Positions 37,773-47,111 of a DNA stretch of 64,000 nucleotides are shown one piece after another; the stretch's first letter is position 1, and every line of letters starts with the position of its first letter. The notes beneath the pieces were generated by a model. That model had not been told where the DNA came from. It saw nothing but the letters and a program-made list of their open reading frames with translations, and ran no database searches. A program made the translations under genes and the position numbers. Source of the DNA: an uncultured bacterium (GTDB taxonomy: Bacteria; Fidelibacterota; Marinisomatia; Marinisomatales; AB-629-J13). The stretch lies in assembly GCA_964433085.1 (NCBI GenBank), contig CAYSQB010000001.1, forward strand, positions 16,845 through 80,844, written 5' to 3'.

Positions 37773-38984
37773 CTATTCATACCTGAGAGAGTCAATAGGA
37801 TCAAGGTTTGCAGCGCGGTATGATGGAATCATACCAGAGATAACCCCAACAATCATACTGAGTAACACTGCAGATATTGATAAGCCTACAGGGAGCGTAG
37901 ATGGAAATATTTTATTGATGAAAATACTACTGATATAAGCAAAAAACAGACCAATCAGACCCGCAATGAGGCATATGGTCACGGCTTCCATTAAAAATTG
38001 GCCCATAATCATTCCTTTTGTTGCACCAATGGCTTTCCGTACGCCAATCTCTCGGGTACGTTCCTTAACCGAAACAAACATGATATTCATGATCCCTATC
38101 CCGCCTACTACCAGAGATAAAAGTGTTATAAAAACTCCAGTTCCGCCGATAGCTGTCTTTAAGGTACCATATTGTTTTTCAAAAATTTTTGTTTGGTTGA
38201 TAGCAAAATCGTTTTTTTCACTAGGTTTTAAACCACGAATGTGACGCATTACAGAATAAATTTCGTCAATACTCTCATCAATTTTATCTTCTGGGACCTT
38301 AACGCTCAGTCTCATCCAACCTCGTCTGGAAAAAATTCGTTTGTAGGCACCAAAAGGTAAAATAGCCTGTTTGTCAACACTGAATAGACCCAAAAACTTA
38401 CCCTGTTTTTCTAAAACACCTATGACTCTGAACTTAACATCGTCGATTTTTATATATTGTCCTATAGGATCCTGTTTACCAAAAAAAGCTTCCTTGATCC
38501 CATCTCCGATCACCGTTACCCTTGAACCCGATCGATCTTCATTTCGCGTAAAAAATCTTCCTTGTGCAATATTAGTATTGATGGTCTCCATATATTCCTC
38601 ATTGGTTCCAAAGATCTCAGTTCGAGTGTCCTTTTCTGCATAAGCGAGAGATGCCCCTCGCTGCATCACGGGAGCTACCGCTAATGCATATTCTGATCTT
38701 TCCATGATTTTTTCAACATAGTCTGGGAGCATCCGTGGCCTGTTTTTAACCTCCCACCATTCCATATCACTAAACCATTCATAACGACTAATATGCAGGA
38801 TATCCTTACCCAGCCAGGACATACTGCTCTCAAATGACTTGTCCAGTCCTGAAATAAGAGTTCCCATTAGCGTCACTGATAATACACCGATAATTATCCC
38901 CAGGGCAGTGAGCGCAGATCGTGTCTTATTTGCAAAAACGGCAGATAACGATATTCTAAAATTCTCAATAAAAAGAGCAAACAT
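37773..38984 (-). CDS. MacB/FtsX-type ABC efflux permease (paralog)
   Basis: Same architecture as its neighbour, with REIGVRKAIGATK. Confidence 0.9.
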   Translation of the reverse strand: MFALFIENFRISLSAVFANKTRSALTALGIIIGVLSVTLMGTLISGLDKSFESSMSWLGKDILHISRYEWFSDMEWWEVKNRPRMLPDYVEKIMERSEYALAVAPVMQRGASLAYAEKDTRTEIFGTNEEYMETINTNIAQGRFFTRNEDRSGSRVTVIGDGIKEAFFGKQDPIGQYIKIDDVKFRVIGVLEKQGKFLGLFSVDKQAILPFGAYKRIFSRRGWMRLSVKVPEDKIDESIDEIYSVMRHIRGLKPSEKNDFAINQTKIFEKQYGTLKTAIGGTGVFITLLSLVVGGIGIMNIMFVSVKERTREIGVRKAIGATKGMIMGQFLMEAVTICLIAGLIGLFFAYISSIFINKIFPSTLPVGLSISAVLLSMIVGVISGMIPSYRAANLDPIDSLRYE

Positions 38985-39682
38985 TAATAGTCCCGACCAA
39001 TATCTTCGGTAATTTTACCGTCAAACAATCGAATCATACGATGAGCGTGTTTTGCAATACCATCTTCGTGGGTCACCAAAATAATGGTGTTCCCCTTCTT
39101 ATGAAGCAGATCAAGGATTTCCATTATCTCATTGCCGCTTTTTGAATCAAGATTCCCTGTTGGTTCATCTGCAAGTAGTATGGATGGATTATTCACTAAA
39201 GCTCTAGCTATAGAAACCCGTTGACGCTGTCCGCCTGACAATTCATTAGGCTTGTGATGCATTCGATCGGCCAACCCTACACTTTCAAGAGCATCTGATG
39301 CCATCTTCATCCTTTCATCCTTTCTAATATTTGCATATACCAGAGGGATCTCTACATTATGATGTGCAGTTGCTTTTGGCAGCAGATTGAAGGTTTGAAA
39401 GACAAATCCAATCTTACGGTTTCGGATGGATGCCAGTTGGGCATCATCCATTACCTGAACCATTTCCCCTTCAAATTCATATACACCGTCTGTAGGGGTA
39501 TCCAGGCACCCAATCATATTCATTAACGTCGATTTTCCGGAACCGGAAGGGCCCATAATGGCTAAATATTCATTCTCTCTGATTTCCAGGTCTATGCCAT
39601 CCAATGCCCTAACTTCCTCTCCGCCTACATGATATATCTTATAAATATCTTTGAGTGAGATAAGAGTCAAATCTGAATCCAA
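38984..39682 (-). CDS. ABC transporter ATP-binding protein (MacB/LolD-like)
   Basis: [24 protein letters not shown] and [11 protein letters not shown]. Confidence 0.93.
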   Translation of the reverse strand: MDSDLTLISLKDIYKIYHVGGEEVRALDGIDLEIRENEYLAIMGPSGSGKSTLMNMIGCLDTPTDGVYEFEGEMVQVMDDAQLASIRNRKIGFVFQTFNLLPKATAHHNVEIPLVYANIRKDERMKMASDALESVGLADRMHHKPNELSGGQRQRVSIARALVNNPSILLADEPTGNLDSKSGNEIMEILDLLHKKGNTIILVTHEDGIAKHAHRMIRLFDGKITEDIGRDY

Positions 39683-39691
39683 GAAGGTTTG

Positions 39692-41008
39692 TTAGTCTCC
39701 AACCCCATCTTTAATACCTTCACGATTTTTGTCAGATTTTTCATTATCTTTTCTTGGATATATCTTAACGGAAACAAAAGTACCATGATTCAATTCTTTA
39801 CTTAAAACCCTGTAGCCTCCGGTGACAACCATCTCATTTTCTGAGACTCCTGACTTTACTGCATAATGGTTCTCGCTGGAGATACCAACAGTGACAGGTC
39901 TTACCAAAGCATATTTCCCCCCCTCTGGAGCAGTTTTTCCATCAAATTTGTCTTCTAAAATAAATACAACGTCAATTGTATTCTTTTTGGATAGGAAACT
40001 ATTATTTTCTTTTTCATCATCTTTTTCGCCTCTGTTTTCCTTACCATTTTTATTATCGTTTTCGATCTCATTATACTTTTCCGGTCTAGAAGTCAGGGAC
40101 TGGATAGGAATTGATATTGTATTTTTAATGGTTTCAGAGATGATATTGACTGTACTACTCATGCCGGGCCTTATTTTATCTGGGGGATCAATCATCCTCA
40201 CTTTCACTTTAAAATTAGTGACCTGTTGCTGACTACCCATGTTTAATGATTGCGCTGTGTGGGCTATTTCACTGACAACTCCATAAAATACTGTATCCGT
40301 TAAGGCATCGATCTCAATTTCAGAGGTATCACCTATATCAATATTTACCACATCATTTTCATTTACATCCACCTCAACTTCCATCCTACTAAGATCAGCA
40401 ACAGTCATGAGGACTCCCGGATTAAACATCCCGCCCACAGCCATTTCTCCCACCTCCTTTGTTAAGCTCGTAACAATACCATATTTGGGAGCCATTATTC
40501 GGGTCTTGGAAAGTTCATCTTCTGCAGATAATAAATTTGCTTTTGCTTGTTCTGACTGGCTGACAGCCATTTGGTAGGATGCTTCAATTTGCTCCAGTTC
40601 CTGTTCGGAAATTAATTTTTGAGAAAAAAGCGTTTTTGTGCGGTTTAGCTGGGAGTGAACCTTCAGGAGATTTGCTTCTGAAGATTTAACTTGAGATAAA
40701 GCTTGATTGTATCGTGGGCGGTATTGTTTTTCATCAATGCTGATTAAGTGCTGACCGGGATGAACGGTATCACCCTCTAAAACTGTAATTTCGGTAATCC
40801 ATCCTGTGATTGTGGATGTAATTTGAACTTCTTGCTCTGGTTGGATCCTGCCGCTTGCATTCACTTTGTGTATAATATCTGTCCGTTTTACTGTTTCAGC
40901 TTCCACGATGATTGCTTCATCCCTTGAACGGCTGAGAAATCCTGCTATTATAAGAACAATTAAAACTAGGGGTATCCATACCTTTTTTTTCTTTAAAACT
41001 GATAGCAT
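39692..41008 (-). CDS. efflux periplasmic adaptor (HlyD/MacA family)
   Basis: Signal anchor, coiled-coil hairpin and barrel-sandwich motifs. A D/E/K/N low-complexity insert spans aa 308-343 (nt 39980-40087). Confidence 0.85.
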   Translation of the reverse strand: MLSVLKKKKVWIPLVLIVLIIAGFLSRSRDEAIIVEAETVKRTDIIHKVNASGRIQPEQEVQITSTITGWITEITVLEGDTVHPGQHLISIDEKQYRPRYNQALSQVKSSEANLLKVHSQLNRTKTLFSQKLISEQELEQIEASYQMAVSQSEQAKANLLSAEDELSKTRIMAPKYGIVTSLTKEVGEMAVGGMFNPGVLMTVADLSRMEVEVDVNENDVVNIDIGDTSEIEIDALTDTVFYGVVSEIAHTAQSLNMGSQQQVTNFKVKVRMIDPPDKIRPGMSSTVNIISETIKNTISIPIQSLTSRPEKYNEIENDNKNGKENRGEKDDEKENNSFLSKKNTIDVVFILEDKFDGKTAPEGGKYALVRPVTVGISSENHYAVKSGVSENEMVVTGGYRVLSKELNHGTFVSVKIYPRKDNEKSDKNREGIKDGVGD

Positions 41009-41017
41009 AATGTTTCC

Positions 41018-42304
41018 TTATTTCATTCCAAAATCTGTGTTTAGCTCACCCGTTAATGCCTTTAGAGAAGTTGCTGATATCCAAAAATCAAATTTCATAT
41101 TCACCCATATTGTCTTGGCTAGGTTTAGGGATACCTGTGCATCCAGAACCTCTAAAATGGTTGCGGCTCCCAAAGAATATCTTTCCTGAACAAGGATTAA
41201 ATCCTCCTGAGCAGATTCTACAACTTGAGACTGAATTGGTAGGATATCCGTATATTGATTTAGAATTTCTAATAGGTCAAGTGCTCGAACATTGAGGTTT
41301 TCTTTTAAGGAGGTATAATCATCTGTTGTCTGGTTCCACTCAATTCTTTTCTGTTCTATTTGTGTAGACAAACTATTTCCTGTGTAGATGGGTACAGATA
41401 TAGAAATATTTACCCCAAGATTCCAATCTTCTTTAAAGTTCTCCATCCACTCCTTTGAATTTTCACCTACAACGGAGTAATTTAATCCTGCATCTATAGA
41501 GGGGAGCCTCATTCCTCTGGAAATCATATAATTGAGTTTTGCCGATTGTATTTGAGATTGCTGACTTAGAAGATCAGGGTTTTTTTCTTCAATTATAATT
41601 AATATTTTTTCTTTTTCTGGTAATTGATATGTTAGGATGTCTTTTGTGAAGTGCATGAATTGCTCCCTACCATCGGCAATACCCATGGTGTGAAAGAAAC
41701 TTCGTCTTGCGCTACGAAGAGCCTGATCAGAGCGAAGGAATTCCGATTGAGCCTGCCCCCTGGTTACTTCCCCTTTCAGGAGATCCGTTTTTTTTACTGC
41801 CCCCAGGCCAAATTTAGCTTTCACCAGATCCAATTGCTTTTCTGATAAAGACAGATTTTGGCCTGCGACTTCCTTCAATTCATTCGCCTTTAAGAATTCA
41901 AAATAGCCATGGATTATATCCCGAATAATTCTTAATCGGGTAGATTGATAACTAAGACTTGCGATTTGAAAAAATGATTTTGCTTGCTTTACTTGGTTTA
42001 TTGTTTGTCCTCCATCGTACACTTTTTGAGTGACTTGAATTCCACCAGACATTGTCTGAGAATAGGTAGAAGGGGATATGTTCGTTTTAGGGAAATAGGT
42101 TCGGTTCACATTTCCGGAAAAACCAACTGATGGTAACAGATTACTAAATGAGGTTTTTACAGATTTTTCAGCAACTAATTTTCCGGACGACGCTGATTTA
42201 AGGGTGCTCTTGTTATTGAGTCCGATTTGGATGCAATCTTTCAAGGACAATTCCTGAGAAAGTGCAATAACGAGAAAAAGAAAAAATAAAATTATTGGTT
42301 TCAT
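41018..42304 (-). CDS. TolC family outer-membrane efflux protein
   Basis: Signal peptide and two TolC-type helical/beta repeats; 428 aa; heads the efflux operon. Confidence 0.85.
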   Translation of the reverse strand: MKPIILFFLFLVIALSQELSLKDCIQIGLNNKSTLKSASSGKLVAEKSVKTSFSNLLPSVGFSGNVNRTYFPKTNISPSTYSQTMSGGIQVTQKVYDGGQTINQVKQAKSFFQIASLSYQSTRLRIIRDIIHGYFEFLKANELKEVAGQNLSLSEKQLDLVKAKFGLGAVKKTDLLKGEVTRGQAQSEFLRSDQALRSARRSFFHTMGIADGREQFMHFTKDILTYQLPEKEKILIIIEEKNPDLLSQQSQIQSAKLNYMISRGMRLPSIDAGLNYSVVGENSKEWMENFKEDWNLGVNISISVPIYTGNSLSTQIEQKRIEWNQTTDDYTSLKENLNVRALDLLEILNQYTDILPIQSQVVESAQEDLILVQERYSLGAATILEVLDAQVSLNLAKTIWVNMKFDFWISATSLKALTGELNTDFGMK

Positions 42305-42378
42305 TGGAGAAGCGAATGACTAATTGTTATACAATTCAAAGTATATAGTTCCTAAGAATATTAATGAAATGACATGAG

Positions 42379-43794
42379 TTAAAAAAATAAATTTTTATTT
42401 TTCACAAGAAACTCTTTTGCATCATCATAGTTATTTCCTATATCTCCGCTCAAGATTGCTTCCTCAATTGCTGATTTAATTTCGCCGACTTTTTTTCCGG
42501 GTTTTATTCCAAACATTACCATGATTTCCTTCCCTCTAACAGGTGACTGAAAGGCTGCCATTTCATCCAGCTCTTTCACGTTCTGCATTCGTTCTTCTAC
42601 CCGTTCAAAGTTTCCCATATATTTTTTTACAAGCCGTGGGTTTTTCGTTGTGATATCTGCCCGGCAAAGGACCATTAGTTCATGGATGTCCTCTCCTGCA
42701 GCAACCATAAGTCGTCGAACTGCAGAGTCTGTTACCTTCTCTTTGGCAATTGCAATGGGACGTAAATGAAGCGCAGTCATTTTTTGCAGATAAGTATTTA
42801 GCTCATTGGGTAATTTCATACGCTTGGCAACTTTCTGAACAATTTTGGAGCCAAAAAAATCATGACCGTAAAATGTGTATCCTTTTTTCTTGTGAATGCG
42901 CCGTGTTTTAGGTTTAGCAATATCATGTACCAATGCGGCAAACCTCACTCTCATTTCGTCGGTTAATTCAGCGGCGTTATCCACCACTTGAAGTGTATGA
43001 GCAAAAATATCCTTGTGGTGCCATTCGCTGGTTTGCTCTAAACCCCACATGGCATCAATTTCAGGAAACACATGTTTCATCAATCCAGTGTGCTGCAGCA
43101 GCTTTAGACCGATGGAGGGCTTAGAACAGGAAAGAATTTTTAAGAATTCTGCGGTGATTCGCTCCCACGATACAATTTTAATACGGGCCGCTTGGTGATT
43201 CATAGATTCCCTAATTTTAGAGTCCACCCGCATATCCAGTTTAGAGCAAAAATATGCGGCTCTCATCATCCTTAAAGGGTCGTCTGAAAAAGTTTTATTA
43301 GGGTCCAGAGGTGTAACCAGTTGTTTTGCCTGCAAATCTAGGATACCTTTAAATGGATCTGACAGATTCCCAAATCGTTTTGGGTGCAGATCAATTGCCA
43401 TGGCATTGATAGTGAAATCTCTTCGAAGCAGATCTCCCTTTAAATCTGTGTATTGAATTTTATTAGGATTCCGAGAAGAGATATCGTAGGACTCTGTTCG
43501 GGCCGAAGCAACCTCAAGCGGAATCTTTTTATATGGAATCCGAGCGGTTGAAAACCGTTGAAATGGAACAATTCTATCTACTTTCAATTCGTCAGCCAGC
43601 AACCGGGCAAATTTTATTCCATCGCCCACCACCATAAAATCAATTTCCTTTATATTGCGTTCTAAAAAGAGGTCTCGGACATACCCGCCTACCACATACA
43701 CTCCCTGTTTATACTTAGCACCTAATTCTCCTGCTAATTGTAATATACTAGAACCGATGATATTTTCTTCAATTAAATGTCGGATATTTGCCAT
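42379..43794 (-). CDS. cca: CCA tRNA nucleotidyltransferase / poly(A) polymerase family with HD domain
   Basis: GGYVRD, RRDFTINA, and HD motifs HHKDIFAH and VHDIAKP. Confidence 0.85.
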   Translation of the reverse strand: MANIRHLIEENIIGSSILQLAGELGAKYKQGVYVVGGYVRDLFLERNIKEIDFMVVGDGIKFARLLADELKVDRIVPFQRFSTARIPYKKIPLEVASARTESYDISSRNPNKIQYTDLKGDLLRRDFTINAMAIDLHPKRFGNLSDPFKGILDLQAKQLVTPLDPNKTFSDDPLRMMRAAYFCSKLDMRVDSKIRESMNHQAARIKIVSWERITAEFLKILSCSKPSIGLKLLQHTGLMKHVFPEIDAMWGLEQTSEWHHKDIFAHTLQVVDNAAELTDEMRVRFAALVHDIAKPKTRRIHKKKGYTFYGHDFFGSKIVQKVAKRMKLPNELNTYLQKMTALHLRPIAIAKEKVTDSAVRRLMVAAGEDIHELMVLCRADITTKNPRLVKKYMGNFERVEERMQNVKELDEMAAFQSPVRGKEIMVMFGIKPGKKVGEIKSAIEEAILSGDIGNNYDDAKEFLVKNKNLFF

Positions 43795-43852
43795 GGGTAA
43801 AATTAACCTGATGTGTCTATTCTTTTTAGCAGGAAAAATGAGTTTGCTATAT

Positions 43853-45331
43853 TTATTTTTCCTTTAACGACAGGGAATAATTTAGTTTTTTTCTTGGTTT
43901 TATTCCAGCTACAGTCAGTGCTTTTTCCCAAGTATCTAATTTTACTTTTCTCTGATTAGCAGTCATTTTTGGGAAATATTTTTCCTGAAAAGAATTTATG
44001 ATCTCAGGAAATTCACCAAATTGTTTTTTAAATAATAGTTGAAACACTCCCAATGCTGTCTTATCTTTTAGTTTTGGCCGTTTTACTGGAACATCTAATA
44101 AATCTGCAATAAACTGGAGCAATGGTTTTCTGGCACCACCACCACCAGACTGAACGGATGTAATATCTAAACCATCTTTTTTGAGAGTTTGTATAATATC
44201 ATGAACGAAAAACCCTATAGATTCCATTCCAGCTCTAATTATTTCATCATCCGTTGCATTATTCAAATTATAGAATACTGTTTTTTTTGGCTGAGCCCAG
44301 TACGGTGATGCAATTCCGGTAAAATCAGGGACAAGAACTCCTCTGGTTTTTGTTTTTTCACATCGCTCATCCCATTTCATTTGTTTATGGGGAATATTCA
44401 AATGGTCTTCCAACCAGTAAAACAATGAATTGCAAGCATTAATGGTTCCTTCCATAAGAAAATAATATTTATGGTTTGAAGACCAAAGTAAATTTGATAA
44501 AAGCCCATTTATGAACATTTGATTATCGTTTGTACAGTATTGGACAGAACCAGATGTCCCCAAATTTATTGAAACCATTCCGGGACTTGAAAAGCCCTGT
44601 CCCATCAATGCTGATTGCTGATCTCCTATGATACAAAGGAGCGGAATATTTTTTTCATCTATTTTAACTTTTCCAAAATTGTGGAGTGTGGGTACCAGCG
44701 GTGGAAGACAAGATAAATTCACATTGAATAATTCACATAATGTATCATCCCAATTCAAAGAATCAAGGGAAAACAATTGTGATCTTCCTGCGATGGAATG
44801 ATCTACTACAGCAGTTCCGGATAATACATGGCTTAAATATGAACTTAGGGGCCCAAAAAAGGTTTTCCCTGATTTAAGTTTTTTCACAAGTTCAGGATAT
44901 TCTTTGATGAAGTGAATATATTTCAATGCACCAAAATGACCGCTGAGCGGAGTCCCTGTTTTTCTGTAAATAAGTTTTTTATGCTCATTGAATTTACCAA
45001 TGAGGTGATGTGCTCTGTTATCCTGCCAACTCAAGGCCGGAGTTAAAGGTTGAATAGATTCTTTGTCCCAGAACAAAAAGGTTGACCTCTGCACTGCTAT
45101 CCCTAAAGAGAGAATCATACCTTTTTTTTCATTCGCCCAATTTATAGCGGAAGTGATTAATAAATTTACCACGTCAGCAATTTTTTGAGCGTCACACTCA
45201 ACATGAAGTGGTTTAGGACGATCCAGAAAATGCTTAAATTTTTCACTGAAACACACCTCGCCTTTTTCATTGAAAATAAAAGACTTAGTCCCGCTTGTTC
45301 CTTGATCAATAATTAGAAAATAACGTTCCAT
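43853..45331 (-). CDS. FGGY-family carbohydrate kinase
   Basis: DQGTSGTKS N-terminal motif and GGGARK; 492 aa. Confidence 0.85.
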   Translation of the reverse strand: MERYFLIIDQGTSGTKSFIFNEKGEVCFSEKFKHFLDRPKPLHVECDAQKIADVVNLLITSAINWANEKKGMILSLGIAVQRSTFLFWDKESIQPLTPALSWQDNRAHHLIGKFNEHKKLIYRKTGTPLSGHFGALKYIHFIKEYPELVKKLKSGKTFFGPLSSYLSHVLSGTAVVDHSIAGRSQLFSLDSLNWDDTLCELFNVNLSCLPPLVPTLHNFGKVKIDEKNIPLLCIIGDQQSALMGQGFSSPGMVSINLGTSGSVQYCTNDNQMFINGLLSNLLWSSNHKYYFLMEGTINACNSLFYWLEDHLNIPHKQMKWDERCEKTKTRGVLVPDFTGIASPYWAQPKKTVFYNLNNATDDEIIRAGMESIGFFVHDIIQTLKKDGLDITSVQSGGGGARKPLLQFIADLLDVPVKRPKLKDKTALGVFQLLFKKQFGEFPEIINSFQEKYFPKMTANQRKVKLDTWEKALTVAGIKPRKKLNYSLSLKEK

Positions 45332-45334
45332 TCT

Positions 45335-46531
45335 TCACTTGAAATTCTGAATATCACTTTTAAAAAATCCGATCAATCCTGTAAGTGTTCCCCCAATACC
45401 AAAAACAAAGAACACAATATGAATGGAGATAATTTCTGCCATCATTCCCACCAAAGCCGTTGAAATTGCTGTCATACCAGAAACAGCTAAATGAACCATT
45501 GCAAATAGTCTTCCATGGTACCTATTGGGGGCATATTTTTGGAGAATTGTTGTTCGGGAAATTGTAATAATTGGAATTCCCATCCCGTGAAATATGATAA
45601 TGCACAGTGCCAATGGAACTGATTGCACCCAAAAGAAAAGAGCATAGGTCAATCCATCCCAGAGCATCCCCAATAGTAGTAGAAATCCATTTTTGAAGTG
45701 TTTGGAAAAACGGTACATAAAAAATGTACCTGTTAACATTCCCAAAGCCATACCAGCTTCCACAAAAGCAAAGTCAGATGCAGAGCCATGCAAGTAATGT
45801 TTGATCATGATAGGTAGACCTACGATGGCAGGACCCATAATGAAAATATTGTTAATTATTGTCAGTATAATAAGAAGTCCAATTGAGTTGTTTGTTTTAA
45901 GGTAATTAAAACCGGACCTCAGCTCCTGTAATCGAGAACCATTAACTGATTCTTTGAATTTATCAGTATAACGGATTGTCAGCAGTACTATTGCAGCAAG
46001 CAAGAAAGAAAATGCATCCCAAACAAACAGAATTTCAATTGACATTATGTTTAACAGAATGCCTGCTATTACTGGACCTGTAAAATAGGCAAATTGCCCG
46101 CTAGTAGCTATCAGTGAATTTATTTTTACTAATTTATCTTTGGGAAAGATCTCTGGTAAAAAGGCGTTTATTGCTGGTGGGAACAAAGAACCAAAAGCAG
46201 CACGAAGAAAAGCTAGGATTCCAATGATTAGTCCTGTTTTAATATTTATGAATAGAAGCATTGGAATAATTGCAACTACAGCTGCCTGAGAGAAATTTGA
46301 AAAAAGCATTAACTTCATTCTGTTATGTTGGTCTACCAACACACCGGCGAAGACCCCAAAAATGATAGCTGGTAAATAAGCACTCATAGCGACCAGACCA
46401 GTTACAAAGGGGGATTCAGTTATATCCAGAATTATCCAAACTAGAGCTAACTGATATACAGCATCACCGGTTGCCGAAATGGTTTGAGCTGTCCAGAGTT
46501 TTAATATGTTATGTTTGATTTGGGAACGAAT
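45335..46531 (-). CDS. MFS transporter (EntS/MFS_3-like); start inferred at a non-canonical ATT/ATC
   Basis: The ORF track starts at ATG 46387, but the frame stays open to TGA at 46549-46547. The extension encodes a conserved TM1 (NILKLWTAQTISATGDAVYQLALVWIIL) with no ATG/GTG/TTG. The exact start is uncertain. Confidence 0.85.
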   Translation of the reverse strand: MRSQIKHNILKLWTAQTISATGDAVYQLALVWIILDITESPFVTGLVAMSAYLPAIIFGVFAGVLVDQHNRMKLMLFSNFSQAAVVAIIPMLLFINIKTGLIIGILAFLRAAFGSLFPPAINAFLPEIFPKDKLVKINSLIATSGQFAYFTGPVIAGILLNIMSIEILFVWDAFSFLLAAIVLLTIRYTDKFKESVNGSRLQELRSGFNYLKTNNSIGLLIILTIINNIFIMGPAIVGLPIMIKHYLHGSASDFAFVEAGMALGMLTGTFFMYRFSKHFKNGFLLLLGMLWDGLTYALFFWVQSVPLALCIIIFHGMGIPIITISRTTILQKYAPNRYHGRLFAMVHLAVSGMTAISTALVGMMAEIISIHIVFFVFGIGGTLTGLIGFFKSDIQNFK

Positions 46532-46740
46532 GATAAAAATCGAGAATCAAATATTATTTATTAAGGTACTGAACTATCTTAAAAAGAGTTATCTTTTTAT
46601 ATTTTTTGTTATTATATAGTTTTATCGATCAGAATATTGGTTTTAATACTATAATGTATAAGGAGCAAATTTATTACCTAAAATACTTTTTCCCATGTAG
46701 AAATCCTCTTTAATTTTCGAAACAATTTTGGAGAAAAAAA

Positions 46741-47043
46741 ATGACATATATAATAGCTGAACCATGTGTTAGTACCTGTGATACTGCCTGTGTTGAAGTA
46801 TGCCCCGTAGATTGTATCCATGGTCCAGAAGACAAAACCGGAGCAGGAGAAGAGGCAAAGGAAGCAGGGTTTGATCCTGAAGGAAAACAATTATATATTG
46901 ATCCGGAAGAGTGTATTGACTGTGGTGCATGTGAACCAGAGTGCCCTGTTGAAGCAATATTTGAAGAGAGTGAAGTTCCGGAAGAATGGGACAAATATAT
47001 TAAGATCAATTACGAGTGGTTTGGCCAAGAATACACAGGTTAA
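46741..47043 (+). CDS. ferredoxin (7Fe-like, two cluster motifs)
   Basis: CVSTCDTACVEVCP and CIDCGACEPECP motifs. GGAG lies 7 nt upstream of the ATG. Confidence 0.9.
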   Translation: MTYIIAEPCVSTCDTACVEVCPVDCIHGPEDKTGAGEEAKEAGFDPEGKQLYIDPEECIDCGACEPECPVEAIFEESEVPEEWDKYIKINYEWFGQEYTG

Positions 47044-47065
47044 TTATTTTTCACCACTAAATATT

Positions 47066-47096
47066 AAACGGCTTTTTTAAAAAGCCGTTTTTTTCT
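47066..47096 (+). terminator. rho-independent terminator after ferredoxin (palindromic, potentially bidirectional)
   Basis: AAACGGCTTTT pairs with AAAAGCCGTTT across a 3-nt loop and runs into a T-tract. Confidence 0.8.
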
Positions 47097-47111
47097 TTAT
47101 CTAATTTCTAA

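Noticed and set aside
46710-47080. Several 60-100-aa alternative-frame ORFs overlapping the ferredoxin gene on both strands.
   Set aside because: Only the 46741-47043 frame gives canonical Fe-S Cys motifs, an SD and a terminator. The others are frame shadows.
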